64,000 nt of DNA from an uncultured Spirochaetota bacterium. GTDB taxonomy: Bacteria > Spirochaetota > Spirochaetia > SZUA-6 > Fen-1364. A model generated the notes under the pieces. That model was not told where the DNA came from and made no database searches. It worked only from the letters and a program-made list of their open reading frames with translations. The position numbers were made by a program, and so were the translations under genes. Position 1 is the stretch's first letter, and each line of letters begins with the position of its first letter. Where the stretch lies: positions 576,001-640,000 of the forward strand of contig CAVTHO010000005.1 of assembly GCA_963734545.1 (NCBI GenBank), written 5' to 3'. Below are positions 9,161 through 20,628 of the stretch, in pieces.

Positions 9161-10225
9161 CTACGCCTCGCTTGATTGACGGATCACGAGCTTCGGGGAG
9201 AGAAGAGTCCGCCGCGCGCCGCGCGGCGCGCCGCCCGCCCGGCGCGTGCGGATCAGCTCGATCAACCGCTCGCAGGTGACCAGGGAGAGCTCTTCGCGGG
9301 GCTGGTGGATGGTGGTGAGGGAGGGGCGCATGCTGGCGGCGAGGTCCGTGTCGTCGTATCCGATCACGGAGACGTCCTGCGGCACGCGCAGACCGAGCTC
9401 CTTGACGGCAAGCAGAGATCCGATGGCCATGAGGTCGTTTGCAGCGAACAGGGCATCGTAACCCTGTACGTTCCGGCCGAGACGCATCACCGCCTCGTAG
9501 CCGGACTCCATGGTCTGGTCCCCCTGCAGGAGGTCCTCCGGGCGCAGCGCGATCTCCGATTCCGAAAGACCGCGGCGCAGCCCTGCCAGACGGAGCCGGT
9601 ATTCCCGTTCGGTCTCCTTCACACTTTCGGTTGTCAGGCACAGGACGCGCTTCCTGCCAAGGGCGCCGAAGTGCTTCCCCGCGAGGTAGCCGCCGTACTC
9701 GTTGTCCGGGTAGATGACGTCGACGTCCGCCGGGCACTGATCCGTCGGCGGGTAGTGGGAGAACACGAACGGCACTTCCTTCGCATGCAGGTAGTCGATC
9801 AACTCCTGCTCGAACACGGGCTGCACGATGATGAGCCCGTCCACCTTCTTGCGCGCGACGAGCTTCGTGATATTGTTTCCGCCGGTGAAGTGGTTGTTGA
9901 GAAACGCCACGAGCAGATCTATGTCGTTGCACTCGAGCACGCTGCGCAGAGAGCTGTGCAGCGTGCCGTGGTAGAGATTCACGCCGAAGCGGTCGTACTC
10001 GGGCGGGAGGATGATGCCGATCGTGCCCACGCGGCGGGTGATGAGGCTTCGCGCGTGGGAATTGAACTCGAAGCCGAGCGCGTCTGCAATGCCGCGGATG
10101 CGCTTGCGCGTCTTTTCGGGAATCAGAGTCACATCATTCAGGCTCCGCGACACGGTTGCCATGCTGACTCCGGCAGCTCTTGCCACATCGCGAAGTGTCG
10201 TCTCCTTGCAAACGTTTGCATTCAT
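9161..10225 (-). CDS. LacI-family transcriptional regulator (probable iol repressor)
   Basis: TLRDVARAAGVSMATVSRSL HTH; ANDLMAIG, VSVIGYDD, LTTIHQP. Confidence 0.93.
   Translation of the reverse strand: MNANVCKETTLRDVARAAGVSMATVSRSLNDVTLIPEKTRKRIRGIADALGFEFNSHARSLITRRVGTIGIILPPEYDRFGVNLYHGTLHSSLRSVLECNDIDLLVAFLNNHFTGGNNITKLVARKKVDGLIIVQPVFEQELIDYLHAKEVPFVFSHYPPTDQCPADVDVIYPDNEYGGYLAGKHFGALGRKRVLCLTTESVKETEREYRLRLAGLRRGLSESEIALRPEDLLQGDQTMESGYEAVMRLGRNVQGYDALFAANDLMAIGSLLAVKELGLRVPQDVSVIGYDDTDLAASMRPSLTTIHQPREELSLVTCERLIELIRTRRAGGAPRGARRTLLSPKLVIRQSSEA
10207..10220. promoter_or_regulatory. LacI operator overlapping the 5' end of the repressor gene (autoregulation)
   Basis: Perfect 14-bp palindrome TGCAAACGTTTGCA; a TTGACA lies about 40 bp upstream on the minus strand. 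Confidence 0.78.
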
Positions 10226-10311
10226 TCAGGATCCAGTTATTTTCATTTGCGTTTTTTTGTCAAGAGTGCGGGGTGGGCAGGTGTGTCCATCGAAGCTTTC
10301 CGCCGATGCGG

Positions 10312-13154
10312 TCAGCCTCTGGCCAGCCACGCCGTTCCACAGATGTTCTTGAAATCGCACCAGGGGCATACCGACTTCAAGTCCCGCGCAGGGGCGAAGG
10401 GAACGTCGGGTGAAACGATCTCCCTGAGCAGGCCGACGATCACGGATTCCAGCTTCGGCCAGGCTGCCTCCGCCTCCTTCGCGTCCGTGAACAGGGGCAA
10501 TTCGATGCGCGCGTCCATTTCGGTGCGTCCAAGGAGAAGGAACATGGCCTGGATGTCCGACTGGAGCGCGGCCGGTTTCCGCGGCATACAGCAGGACATA
10601 GAAGGGAAGCTGGAGCGTGCCGATGGCCGCGCTCCAGGTGGCGCGGTCCTCGATGACGAGCTTCTTGAGCCTCAATGCGTAGGCGGCGCGGTGGGCGGAG
10701 GTCTTGTAGTCGATCAGGCGCGGCGTGCCGTCGCGCTCCTGCACCACGTCCATGCGCCCCCGAAGGCTGAATCCTTCCCTGACCGCGGTCGCGTCGTGCT
10801 CCAGGGCCTGGAGGATCACCCGATGCTCCGTCGCCAATGCCCGAATGTAGCGGTCGACGAAATCCCGCAGGTGACGTCTGATCTGGTCGCGCAGGAGCCT
10901 GTTCGCCCCGGTCTCCGCGGGTCCAAACGATTCTGCAAAGAGCGCGTCCACGAGTCGGACCATCGCGGCGGGATCGGCATCCTCCGCGGAGAGCGGGCCG
11001 GCCTGTCCGCCCGGAGAAGTACTCGAAAAGCACCTTGTGGACGAAAGTGCCGATCTCTGCCGCGCCGATCTCTCCGGTGGTTTCCTCGCGCTGACCCAGC
11101 TTGAGAACGAATCTATAGTAGAATTTCAGAGGGCATTTCAGGTATGCATCGAGCCCGGTTGCGCTGTATTCGCGCAATCGGAGCCAATCCACCATGTCAG
11201 GGGTCTTGTTGACGGGCGCCGGGGGGCTGTTCGAGAGATCGACCCTGTACTGGATCGGGTGGACCAGGCGCTGCTCATCCAGGGTGCCCTGGGCCTTCTG
11301 GCGCTCCCAGAGAAAGCGTTCCACGAATCGGGACCTTTCCTTCCCGCCGCTTTGCACGGAGAACAGGTGGAGCTCGCGGGCGCCCGCCGTCAGCGTCTCG
11401 AAGTGGTATGCGGCGATGTCCTCCACGTCACGATAGGTGGAGAGGCCGAGCGCCGCGCGGACGGGGAAGGGGAGGAGGGTGTTCTCCGAGCCTGTTTCAG
11501 GAAGCGCTCCCTCGTCGGCATCCAGCACGAACACCCTCTCGAATCGCAGGCTGCGCGTCTCGAGGGCGCCCAGGACCTGGAGCCCGTGCAGGGGGGTTCC
11601 TTCGAAGGGGAGATAGCAGGTCTGCAGGTAGCGGCGGAGCAGCACGAAGTAGCTGGCCGTGTCGTTGAAGGATTTCACCGACATGAGGGACCGGGAGATG
11701 GTCTCCAGGGACCGGACAAACGACTCGGAGAAAGGCGTGAAATAGGGATGGTCGCGGGCCGTGCTCTCGTCGTGCACCCAGGCGATGAGCTGGATGCAGC
11801 GCTCGGCGAAGTCCCGCACGCTCCGGAAGGACCGGAACTTCGTGATGGTGCGTTCATGGATGTCGACGAGGTGCGCGCGAAGCGCCGCTGCCATTGCATC
11901 CCTGTTTTCCTGCGTTATCCTTCGCGCCGCCTCGTCGAACAAGGCGAGGTCATTCTCGATCTCCTCCAGCGTGGCGAACCTGCGCGTCCGGGTATGCGCG
12001 AGGCGTTCTTCCAGGGCGTGGAAGAGGACCCGCGTGGCCTCCGCCGATGCGCCGAGCCGGATGTTCTTCACGTACGGGTGCAGCACGAAAGAGACATAGT
12101 CCGGCAGATAGACGCGTTCCTCGTCCATGGAGCCGACGAGCTCCATGAGCGTGTTGAGAAAGCCGTAGAGCGGCGTGCGCGGAAGCGGGTAGCCGAGGGA
12201 GACGTTGTAGCTTTCCTCGTCGAACCGGGAAAGGCATTGCCGCACGAGGGGGAAGAGGGTGTCCGGCGTGGGGAGCACGATGAGCGTGCCGCTGTCAGGG
12301 GATTTCAATGCCGCGTTCAGCGCAAAGACCTGCCCATGGGTGTCCGGGCTGCTGTAGAAATGGACCTCGGGCCTCCGGGGTGTCGATTCCTCTCCCGTCT
12401 TTTCCGCGCCGGCGACGGCGAGCCCTTTGATCCTTTTCCGCAGTCCCGGGCCGTCCTGAAACACGAGCTGGACGGAAGGCCATTCCTTGAGCTTCCGGAA
12501 CAGGGCCGCCTCCGACTCGGTAAGGGCGTAGAACCCGGCAAGGATGATCAGGCCGCGCACGGGAAGGTCGCCCGGCTCGATTGCCTCCGCAACCAGGCGG
12601 TAACGGGAGGACCTGGTGGAGAGACCCTGCTCCCGCACGGCGGGATAAAAAGCATCGTAGAAATAGGCGAGAGACTGGAGCCGCTCCCGGGAACGCGGCG
12701 GCACTTCCTGCTCGACGAGAGTCTGCACCTCCGCCGCCTTCCGTGAGGATACATTCTCGATCAGGAGCTCCTCGAGATCGCGGTGGATCTTCAGCCCGAT
12801 GGGGAAAAAGCTGTCCAGTGTCATGAACGCCTTGCCGCCGAGCGGCCGGGCCGCGGCAAGCTGGATATCGTGCAGGACGGCCACCGCGTCTATGGGCTCG
12901 AGTTTCGGCCGGGTGAGCCCCGCGCGCTCATCTCGTGTCTCGAAAACCAGGTCGATGAGCTCGTCCATCGAGAGAACCCGCGGCGGCACGAAGCTCTTTT
13001 TCAATTCCTCCGCAAGGCGCCGGCGGAGAAAATGGGCAGGCCGCTTGCCGGGGAAAACCACGAGAGATTCCCGCACGTCTTTCCCGGCGTCCGTCAGCCG
13101 CCGGGCTATCTCATCGATGAGGCTCGCTGCCGCGGGGAGGATCGTGGCGTTCAA
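10312..13154 (-). CDS. addB: AddB/RexB-like PD-(D/E)XK nuclease subunit; frameshifts near 10995 and 10570
   Basis: VVFPGKR, YSATGLDAYLKCPLKFYY, GTFVH, LRGRMDVV..LIDYKT, QLPFY, C-terminal CPWCDFKNIC Fe-S staple, spread over three frames. Confidence 0.82.
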
Positions 13155-16100
13155 ACGACCCTCCGGACGCTTCCCGCATCGACAAAGGCGAGGAGGGCTT
13201 CGACGGTCCTGCCCGGATACACCTGGCGCAGGATTCGCGCGTACGCGCGCACGTCCTCCTCGTAGCGGCCGGTCTCTTCCGCGCCCGTCTTGAAGTCCAC
13301 AACGGTCACGCGATCTCCGTCCACGACGACCCTGTCCATCCGGAAAAGCCTGCCTGCCTCATCGCAGAACTCCTGCTCGCGAAGCACGAGGCGTCCGGGC
13401 GCGCGGGGTGAACAGTCTCCCGAGCTCCGTGCCGCGCAGAACGCGCGCAAGGGCCTCTGCGGCGTCCGCGAGCCCTGCCGGATCTTCCCGGACCTCGCGC
13501 GCGGTCCGCGCGGCCGCTGCCCGCAGGGTCTCTCGTGCGTCGGCGCCGATGTACTCCACGAGCTCCAGCATCCTGTGCACCCGTTCGCCCCGTCGGCGCT
13601 CGAGCCGGCCCAGCCGGCCGCTGGCAAACGGGGCAGGGACCGGCCGGGTCTCATGGGAGAGGGGGGGGCCGGACTCCGGTGGGGCGGTCTCGAAGACAGG
13701 AACGCCTTTCTCCGCTGAAGCCTGAAACCCGTCGGCAGGCAGGAGGTCGAAGGGGAATGTGTCCCGCTCCCGCTTCACGCCGATCACGTACAATTCGCGC
13801 TTTGCGCGGGTGAGAGCAACGTACAGCCCGTTCAGCCGGTTGACTTTCTCTTTGGCAGCCTCCTCTTCGTAAAGGGCGCGCAGCGTGGGGTCCTTGTCCG
13901 CCACCGACCGGGTAAGCCGAACAAGGCTCACCTCGCCGCCCTGCCGCACGAGCGTGTGCTCGAATCCGCGGCTGGATTCTCCGTAGAGGAGAACGATGAC
14001 CACAGGAAACCCGAGGCCTTTCGCCTTGTGCACGGTCATGGCGCGCACGGACTCGGCACCGCGCGGAACGTCAATGGCCCACTCCCCGCCGTCGCCACCG
14101 GCCTGTCCCAGGAACTCGCGCAGGCTGTTCTTCCCCAGGCCTTCGAAATCCTTGACCGTTTCCAGGAGCTTGGCGAGCGTGGCTTCCTCCTCGCCGGCCC
14201 GCGCAAAGACGTCGAAGACGGCGTACGCTTCGCTCACCAGGTCATAGAGGGGCAGGTATCCGGCTGACCTGAAGAGACCGGCAAAGCAATCCTTCCACAA
14301 AGCGGAATATTCACGCTGAAATGCCTTGTACAGGGGCCTCTCGTTGCGGCTCCGGAACAGAAACTCGTGAAGACGGGCCATGTCGGTCCACCCGTGGCGC
14401 TGCGCCAGGCTGCGCGTGAAGATGTCGCTCAGGAGGAACGTCGCAAAGGCCAGGTCGTCCGGAGGTGAGTCGAGGAATCCGAGCAGCGCCAGCATCTCCC
14501 CGGCGATCTTTCTGCAACGCACGTCCAGGCTGCTGAAGGAGATGAACGGGATTCTCATTTCGTTCAGCCAGGAGGTCGCGGTGACGATCTGGTCGTTCCG
14601 GGAAGCCAGGAGGGCGATGTCGCCCCACCGGTATCCGCGGCGCCTCAGGTCTTCCATGATGTGCCGGAGCTTCACGCGCTCCGGCGGGTCCTCGTCCTCC
14701 CTCTCGAGGATGTGCATCTCCACGTAGCCTTGATCGCTGCCCGCGCGCGGCTTCTGCGTCCAGGCATCCAGCCCGCTCCTGCGCGCCGCATCCCGGTACT
14801 CCGGCGACGCATGCGCGTTCGTGCGGAAGACCTCGGAAACAAACTCGACCACCCGCGGTCGGCTGCGCCAGTTGATCGGCAGCTCGCGTACCGAGAGCCC
14901 GGCCGACGGGAATGGAGTGGTCGTTTCGAGGGATTTCATGATCGTGTAGTCCGCGTGCCGGAACCCGTAGATTGCCTGCTTGGTGTCGCCGACCACGAAG
15001 AGACTCCCGCCCATGGCCAGGGAGTTCTCCACCAGGGGATAGAGATTGCGCCACTGCAGCGGCGATGTGTCCTGGAACTCGTCCACCAGGAAGTGCCAGA
15101 CCCGGTCCCCGATTCTGAAGTAGATCTCGGGGATGATGTCCTGGGTGAGGTACGCGCCGAGGATGCGGTTGATGTCGCCGATGAACACCCTGCCTTGTCC
15201 GCGCTTTACCTTTTCCACCGTCGCGGAGAGCGCCGCGTGCAGCCGGAGGTAGGGCTGATAGTACGCGCGGGCACGGCACCCGGCGTACTCTCCCACCAGC
15301 AGGGCAGTCTGCTCCCAGGCAGCCTGGATCTCCCCCTGCCGGGTCTGCGCGCCCGTATCACGCCGGCCCGGCTTCTTCACCGGACCGCGCTTCATGCTGC
15401 GCCCGGCAATGTCGCCGAACCTGCCTTTCCGGGCATTCGCCAGGGCCTCGCGGAAGGCCGACCGGGGGCTTTCTTCGAGCCCCGAGGCGTCCACCATGCC
15501 GGCCACATGCTCGAGACTCTCGCGGATCCGCGTCTCCAGGTGCCGCAGGCGCGGACGCAACTCCAGGGATGACACCTGCTCCTCCCGCGCGGACAGCCTC
15601 GATTCGATCTTCTTGACCTCGTCGAGCAGGGGCGACGCCGGGTCCCACTGATAAGGGTCCTCCGCTCCCCTGAACCCGAGCACGGCGTGGATGGTCTCGT
15701 CGAGGAGCGCGGCCGCGGGGCTGCCTTCCCGCGCCTCGCGCAGGAAGAGAGTGAACGCATAGTCGATGAGCGGAGCGGGGTCCATGACGATCTCGAAATC
15801 GGGGCTGTAGCCGAAATCCAGCGCCGATGCGCGAAACACCGTGGACATGAAGCTGTCGATGGTGCTCACCTGGAAGTCGGAATACCGGGTCAGGATTTCC
15901 TCGATGAGCTCTCCTGCCCGGCGGGCCGTGCGCTCCTCGCCGCCCTCGGTGACCGCCGCCAGCTCCGCCAGCCTTTCCGGATGCCGGAGGTGCGTCATTT
16001 TCAGCCAGCCGAGGACGCTCTCCCTCATCTCTCGCGAGGCATTGTTGGAGAAGGTGATGGCAAGGATATTCCGGAGGTCGTTCTTCGGCACCCTGTGCGA

Positions 16101-16217
16101 CAGGAGGAACTGCGCAAAGCGCTCCGTCAGCGCAAACGTCTTCCCTGAGCCGGCAGAGGCCTTGAGGACCGTGACGCTCGGAAATCGAATCAGGGCGTCC
16201 GGTTCAAGGTCAGGCAT
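13151..16217 (-). CDS. addA: AddA/UvrD-family ATP-dependent helicase-nuclease; frameshift near 13395
   Basis: ASAGSGKT, AITFSN, VDEFQDT, VGDTKQAIYGFR, MTVHKAKGL, YVALTRAK; nuclease RMDRV..VVDFKTG in the second frame. Confidence 0.88.
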
Positions 16218-16247
16218 GGATGTCGATGATAACAATGGCGGATAGCG

Positions 16248-16275
16248 TTGACAAGGAGCGCGGGAGGACTATATT
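16248..16275 (+). promoter_or_regulatory. Putative sigma-70 promoter for the priming glycosyltransferase
   Basis: TTGACA-16 nt-TATATT in the divergent addA/sugar transferase intergenic region. Confidence 0.55.
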
Positions 16276-16577
16276 TGCGATCGGAATGGAGTTTTGATGA
16301 AAAGACGGATCCCTGCACCGGCCCCTTTCCGCAGATTGCCGGCGTTCCCCCCTGGGCCCGCCCGGCGCGCGGAAATACTGTCATAGCGGCTGCTGAAATC
16401 GGCTGTGGGTGATGGTACCTTCGGTCCGGGGGGAGAGCGGCAGTGATCCCGGCTGAGAGAAGACACGCTGCCCGGATGCGACATGCGCTGGGCAGGGCAG
16501 GATTGGACGGTTCGACGCCCGCGCGGAGCGAGGCGGACGTCCTTCTGCCCCGCTCCGTTCCGGCCGCTCGCGGCCGG

Positions 16578-18017
16578 ATGAGCGCGAGAAAGCACAAGAT
16601 CCTCATCCTGCTTCTTGTTCAACTCGCATTCTTCACCGGCCTCTGGTTTGCGGCGCGAAGCGTGGCCCTGAGGATGGATCCATGGGCGAACATCCTGTCC
16701 CACCGGCTCGTTCTGCCGCTCGCGCTCTTCTTCCTGTCCTACTTCCTCCTCAACTGGAGGAACATCTACTCGCGGGACTACCACTACTACCTTCGACGCG
16801 CCCACAGAACCGTCCTGAAAAATGGTCTGCTGCCCATGGCCCTCGCCTGCCTTGGCTTCCTGGCCCTGGGGACCTGGCGGACCGTGCCTGTTCCGCTGAT
16901 GCTCGTCTTTCTCGCCGCGGGATTCGTGAGCTTCGCCATTGCCGACGGCAGTCAGTACCTCTGGATCCGTTATCTGAGCCGCCTCGGGTATTTCCGGAGG
17001 AAGGTCCTCGTGGTGGCCGCCCCCGGCATACCCCTCTCGACCCGCCTCGGCGTGCATGACTTCGGCTCCACGAAAATCTACGCCGGCGAGATCGACCGAT
17101 TGAACGGTGCCTGGGTCTGGAGGCCTGCAGGGGGTGGGGCTCCGAAAGTATTGAGGGAGTTCTCGCAGGTCAAGACGATCATCCTGAAGGAAAACATCGG
17201 GGACGTTCTCCTGTTCGTCGACGGATCCGCCGATCGGTACTTCGAGAGGGAGCTCGTCGACTACTGCCAGTCCCTGCCCATCAGCTACTCCCTCGTGCCG
17301 GAGAAGGCGGGGATGCAGCAGAATGGAATCGCAAGCCTCCTCTTTCCGAACATTTCCGTGTCCGAGAGATTCGCGGGGCCCCGCGATTCTCTCACGGCGG
17401 TTTCCGCGAAAAGGCTTCTGGATATCGCGGTATCGCTGCTCTGCCTCACCCTCTTCCTTCCCGCAGGGCTGCTCATCGCGCTGGCGATCCTCGTCCGGGA
17501 CGGCCCCCCCGTGTTCTACGTGTCCGAGCGGATAGGCAAGAATGGAAAACCCATGCGCTTCTTCAAGTTCCGGACGATGATCCGCAACGCAGAGGAGCAG
17601 AAGGAGAAGCTTCTCTCCTTCAACGCCCGGAGCGACGGACCACTGTTCAAGATGAAGAACGATCCGAGGGTCACCGCGATCGGAAGGCTGCTCCGGAGGT
17701 ACAGTCTCGACGAGTTTCCCCAGTTCCTGAACGTCCTCCTGGGCACCATGAGCCTCGTAGGGCCGAGACCGCACCTCCCGCGTGAGGTGGCGGAGTATCG
17801 GGAGGGCGACTACCTGCGGTTGGAATGCATGCCCGGTATCGTCGGAATTCCCCAGGTGTCGAAGAGGAACGTCACCATGGGCTTCCGTGAGTGGGTGGAG
17901 CTCGACCTCTCCTACCGGCGGAGCTGGTCGCTTTCCCTCGACATGGGCATCATAAAAAAGACGGTCAGCCTGTTTTTCCGTGCGCTCTTCTCGCGCCACG
18001 GTTCCGGCCACTACTGA
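16578..18017 (+). CDS. Polyprenyl glycosylphosphotransferase (WcaJ/WbaP/CpsE-type priming sugar transferase)
   Basis: N-terminal TM helices; KRLLDI, FFKFRTM, DPRVT, SLDEFPQFLNVLLGTMSLVGPRP; start placed at ATG 16578. Confidence 0.92.
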   Translation: MSARKHKILILLLVQLAFFTGLWFAARSVALRMDPWANILSHRLVLPLALFFLSYFLLNWRNIYSRDYHYYLRRAHRTVLKNGLLPMALACLGFLALGTWRTVPVPLMLVFLAAGFVSFAIADGSQYLWIRYLSRLGYFRRKVLVVAAPGIPLSTRLGVHDFGSTKIYAGEIDRLNGAWVWRPAGGGAPKVLREFSQVKTIILKENIGDVLLFVDGSADRYFERELVDYCQSLPISYSLVPEKAGMQQNGIASLLFPNISVSERFAGPRDSLTAVSAKRLLDIAVSLLCLTLFLPAGLLIALAILVRDGPPVFYVSERIGKNGKPMRFFKFRTMIRNAEEQKEKLLSFNARSDGPLFKMKNDPRVTAIGRLLRRYSLDEFPQFLNVLLGTMSLVGPRPHLPREVAEYREGDYLRLECMPGIVGIPQVSKRNVTMGFREWVELDLSYRRSWSLSLDMGIIKKTVSLFFRALFSRHGSGHY

Positions 18018-18027
18018 GCGGAAGGCC

Positions 18028-19666
18028 ATGAGCCGACGAGGGGGCCTGTCGACGCTGCTCGTGATCGGGTGCGCGTGCGTTCTGGCCGCGCAGGAACAGC
18101 TGCCCGTGGACATCGATGATCCGGTGTACCCCCTCCTCGAGATCTCCGCCATCAGGGGTCTCGTTGCTCCCGGGTCCATGGTGAAGCCCTACAGCGAGAG
18201 AGAGATCCGCAGCCGCCTGGATGCGGCCCGCGGGGGTGAGCGGCCGCTCAGCCAGGATGAGCGCAGCGTGCTGGATGAGATGGCGAGGCGCTTCCCGAAA
18301 GGGGACGCACCGGTGGCGTACCTGGAGGCAGCGGGGCAATCGGGCCTCCGCGCCGACCTTTCCCGCGCGGGCGTCCTCGATTTCTCCCTCAGCGGGGAGG
18401 TGGGGATCCTCGGCAGTCTCTGGTCCATCGCCTCCTACCGGCTTCGGCTCGAGGGGATGCTGGACATGGCGGACCCCGAGGCCTTCGCCCCCTACGATTT
18501 TACGAAGCAGTGGGATGGATTCCAGGTGTGGACCGAAGGCAGCAAGGTGCAGACATCCAACGGCATCAACGGTCATTTGAACTTTGCATCCGCCGCGTCT
18601 TCGGCCCTCTCCTTCGACTTCTTCGACCACGCCCTCAACCTGCAGTTCACCAGAACGCGGCGCGACTGGGGCGTCGGGGAGGGAAGTCTCAGCCTTTCGG
18701 GGACCGCCCGTCCGATCGAAGCCTTCAGTGCGAGCGCCCGTCCCGCCTCCTGGGCGTCCTTCCACTTCCTCGCCGGGTCCCTCGGGGACTGGTGGAGCCC
18801 TGCCGCGGAACAGAAGATGTTTTCTCTCCATCGCATCGAGTTCTTCCCCCTGGACTGGCTCTACATCTCGCCCTGGGAGAGCGTGGTCTACGCCAAGCGG
18901 CTGGAGCTTTCCTACCTGAACCCGCTGATGCCTTTCTTCTTCGGCCAGCAGTTGAGCGGGGACTATGACAATATCGCGATGGGGGGGGACGTGGCAGTGA
19001 CGATCGCGCCATTCGCGCGCGTGTACTTCTCCCTTTTCGTGGACGAGATTTCTTTTGTGCCTCTTTCCACATTCTTCAGCCGGCCGGGCAACCAGTATGC
19101 CTGGCAGATCGGCGTGAAGGTGCCGCTGCCGTGGCCCGCCTGGGCGCTTTTCACCTTCCAGTATACGAAGATCGAACCGTACACATACACGCACTATCTC
19201 CAGGCGGTCCCGCAGTACGGCACGCAGTTGATCGACACCAGCTATTCCAACGACGGCGAGAACATCGGCTACCATCTCCCTCCCAACTCCGACGAGTTCC
19301 TCGTCCGTCTCTCCGCCTATCCTGCCCCGCGGCTGTCGGTGACGGCGCAATACCAGCTCATCCGTCACGGGACCGGGCAACCACCTGCTGGGCCAGATCG
19401 AGGGGGATATCAGCATCCCGATCGTCTACGACCCCCCCACCACGTATCCGTCGAAGGATTTCCTCAACGACGGCATTTACGAGTGGATTCACATTGCCCG
19501 CCTCGGCCTCGCCTATTCGTTCCCGGCCCTCCATGCCTCCGTGTGGGCGGAATATGCCCTTGTGTCTGCTTCAGACTACAAGAACATCCCGGGAAAAAAC
19601 GCGCTGAAGAATCTCGTCGGCATCGGCGTGAGGTTCCAGGCTGCGACCTGGTCCGGTGGAGAGTAG
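18028..19666 (+). CDS. Capsule assembly Wzi-like outer-membrane beta-barrel; frameshift near 19378
   Basis: Signal peptide; KPYSEREI, WGVGEGSLSLSG, HRIEF, ESVVY, YLNPL, DNIAMG, IGYHLPPNSDE. After the shift the frame reads LLGQIEGD..GIGVRFQAATWSGGE then TAG at 19666. Confidence 0.65.
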
Positions 19667-19681
19667 GCGGGATCCGGGCCG

Positions 19682-20584
19682 TCAGGACTCCGATGCCGCG
19701 GCGTCAGAATCCGGCAGGACGATGCGGAATCCAATCGAACCCTGGAAGAGGAAGGGCGTGAACCCGATGTCCGAAAAGCCCGAGAGAAAGTCTGTCCCGA
19801 AGCTCCAGACGCTGGTGCGCAAACCGAGAGTCAGGGCGAACGCGGGGACGATGATCAGGTCGATTCCCGCACCCACGATGAAGGAGCTCAGGCCGTGAGA
19901 AGGACCGAGGCCGGCATTGTACTGCCGGAGAAGCGACTGGTAGGCGAAATTGAAATCGAGACGGTAGGGAACATTCTTTTCGAAGACCTTCACGTCGAAG
20001 GTATAGGCGGTGAGACTGTCGATCAGGAAATTGGAGCCCTTGAAGTAGCTGAACTCCTTGTACGACATGGCCAGGGAGCAGATGGCGGAATTGCGAATGT
20101 AGAACCCGAGCATGACCTCGTTGCCCAGGGCGGAGTTATCTCCGGTGCTTGCCAGTCCGCCCAGCGCGTTGTCCGTCCGCAGGGTCAGGAACGCAATCCC
20201 CGGAAGCTCCGCGCCGACCAGGGTGGAAATGCCCGGCTTCAGGATGGTCGAACGGGAGTTCAGCAGGCCGAGGTAGGGACCCACCCCCACGCGGAAATAG
20301 TCCGACTTGTACTGGAGCAGCGCGGAGAGAGAGTTTCCAAGGATCAGGTCCCTGCTCAGAACCGCGTCGAGACGGATGTTGCGGGAAACGTCCTGGCGCA
20401 GAGACAGGAGCCCGCCCCAGAAGTAGCTCCCTCCGTTGTAGTCGGCGTCCGCGGGGTCCCGTGACTGCGCGAAACCGAGGTTGCCGAGCGGAAAGCTTCC
20501 CTCGATCTCGAGCCCGCTCGCGGAGGACGCGGCACCGCAGAGGAGAACCGTGATGAGGACGGACAAGGCAAAGGTTTTTGTCAT
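19682..20584 (-). CDS. Hypothetical exported protein, probable outer-membrane beta-barrel
   Basis: Signal peptide MTKTFALSVLITVLLCGAASSASG; alternating amphipathic strands ending FLFQGSIGFRIV; true start inside the longer ORF 19682..21367. Confidence 0.65.
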   Translation of the reverse strand: MTKTFALSVLITVLLCGAASSASGLEIEGSFPLGNLGFAQSRDPADADYNGGSYFWGGLLSLRQDVSRNIRLDAVLSRDLILGNSLSALLQYKSDYFRVGVGPYLGLLNSRSTILKPGISTLVGAELPGIAFLTLRTDNALGGLASTGDNSALGNEVMLGFYIRNSAICSLAMSYKEFSYFKGSNFLIDSLTAYTFDVKVFEKNVPYRLDFNFAYQSLLRQYNAGLGPSHGLSSFIVGAGIDLIIVPAFALTLGLRTSVWSFGTDFLSGFSDIGFTPFLFQGSIGFRIVLPDSDAAASES

Positions 20585-20628
20585 GTGCACAGCCGCGTTA
20601 CCGGGGCCAGCATAGCACGAACTCCCGT

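Noticed and set aside
10312-16217. Helicase plus PD-(D/E)XK/Cas4-like nuclease as an anti-phage or CRISPR system
   Set aside because: Size, order and Fe-S staple match housekeeping AddAB. No cas genes or arrays are present.
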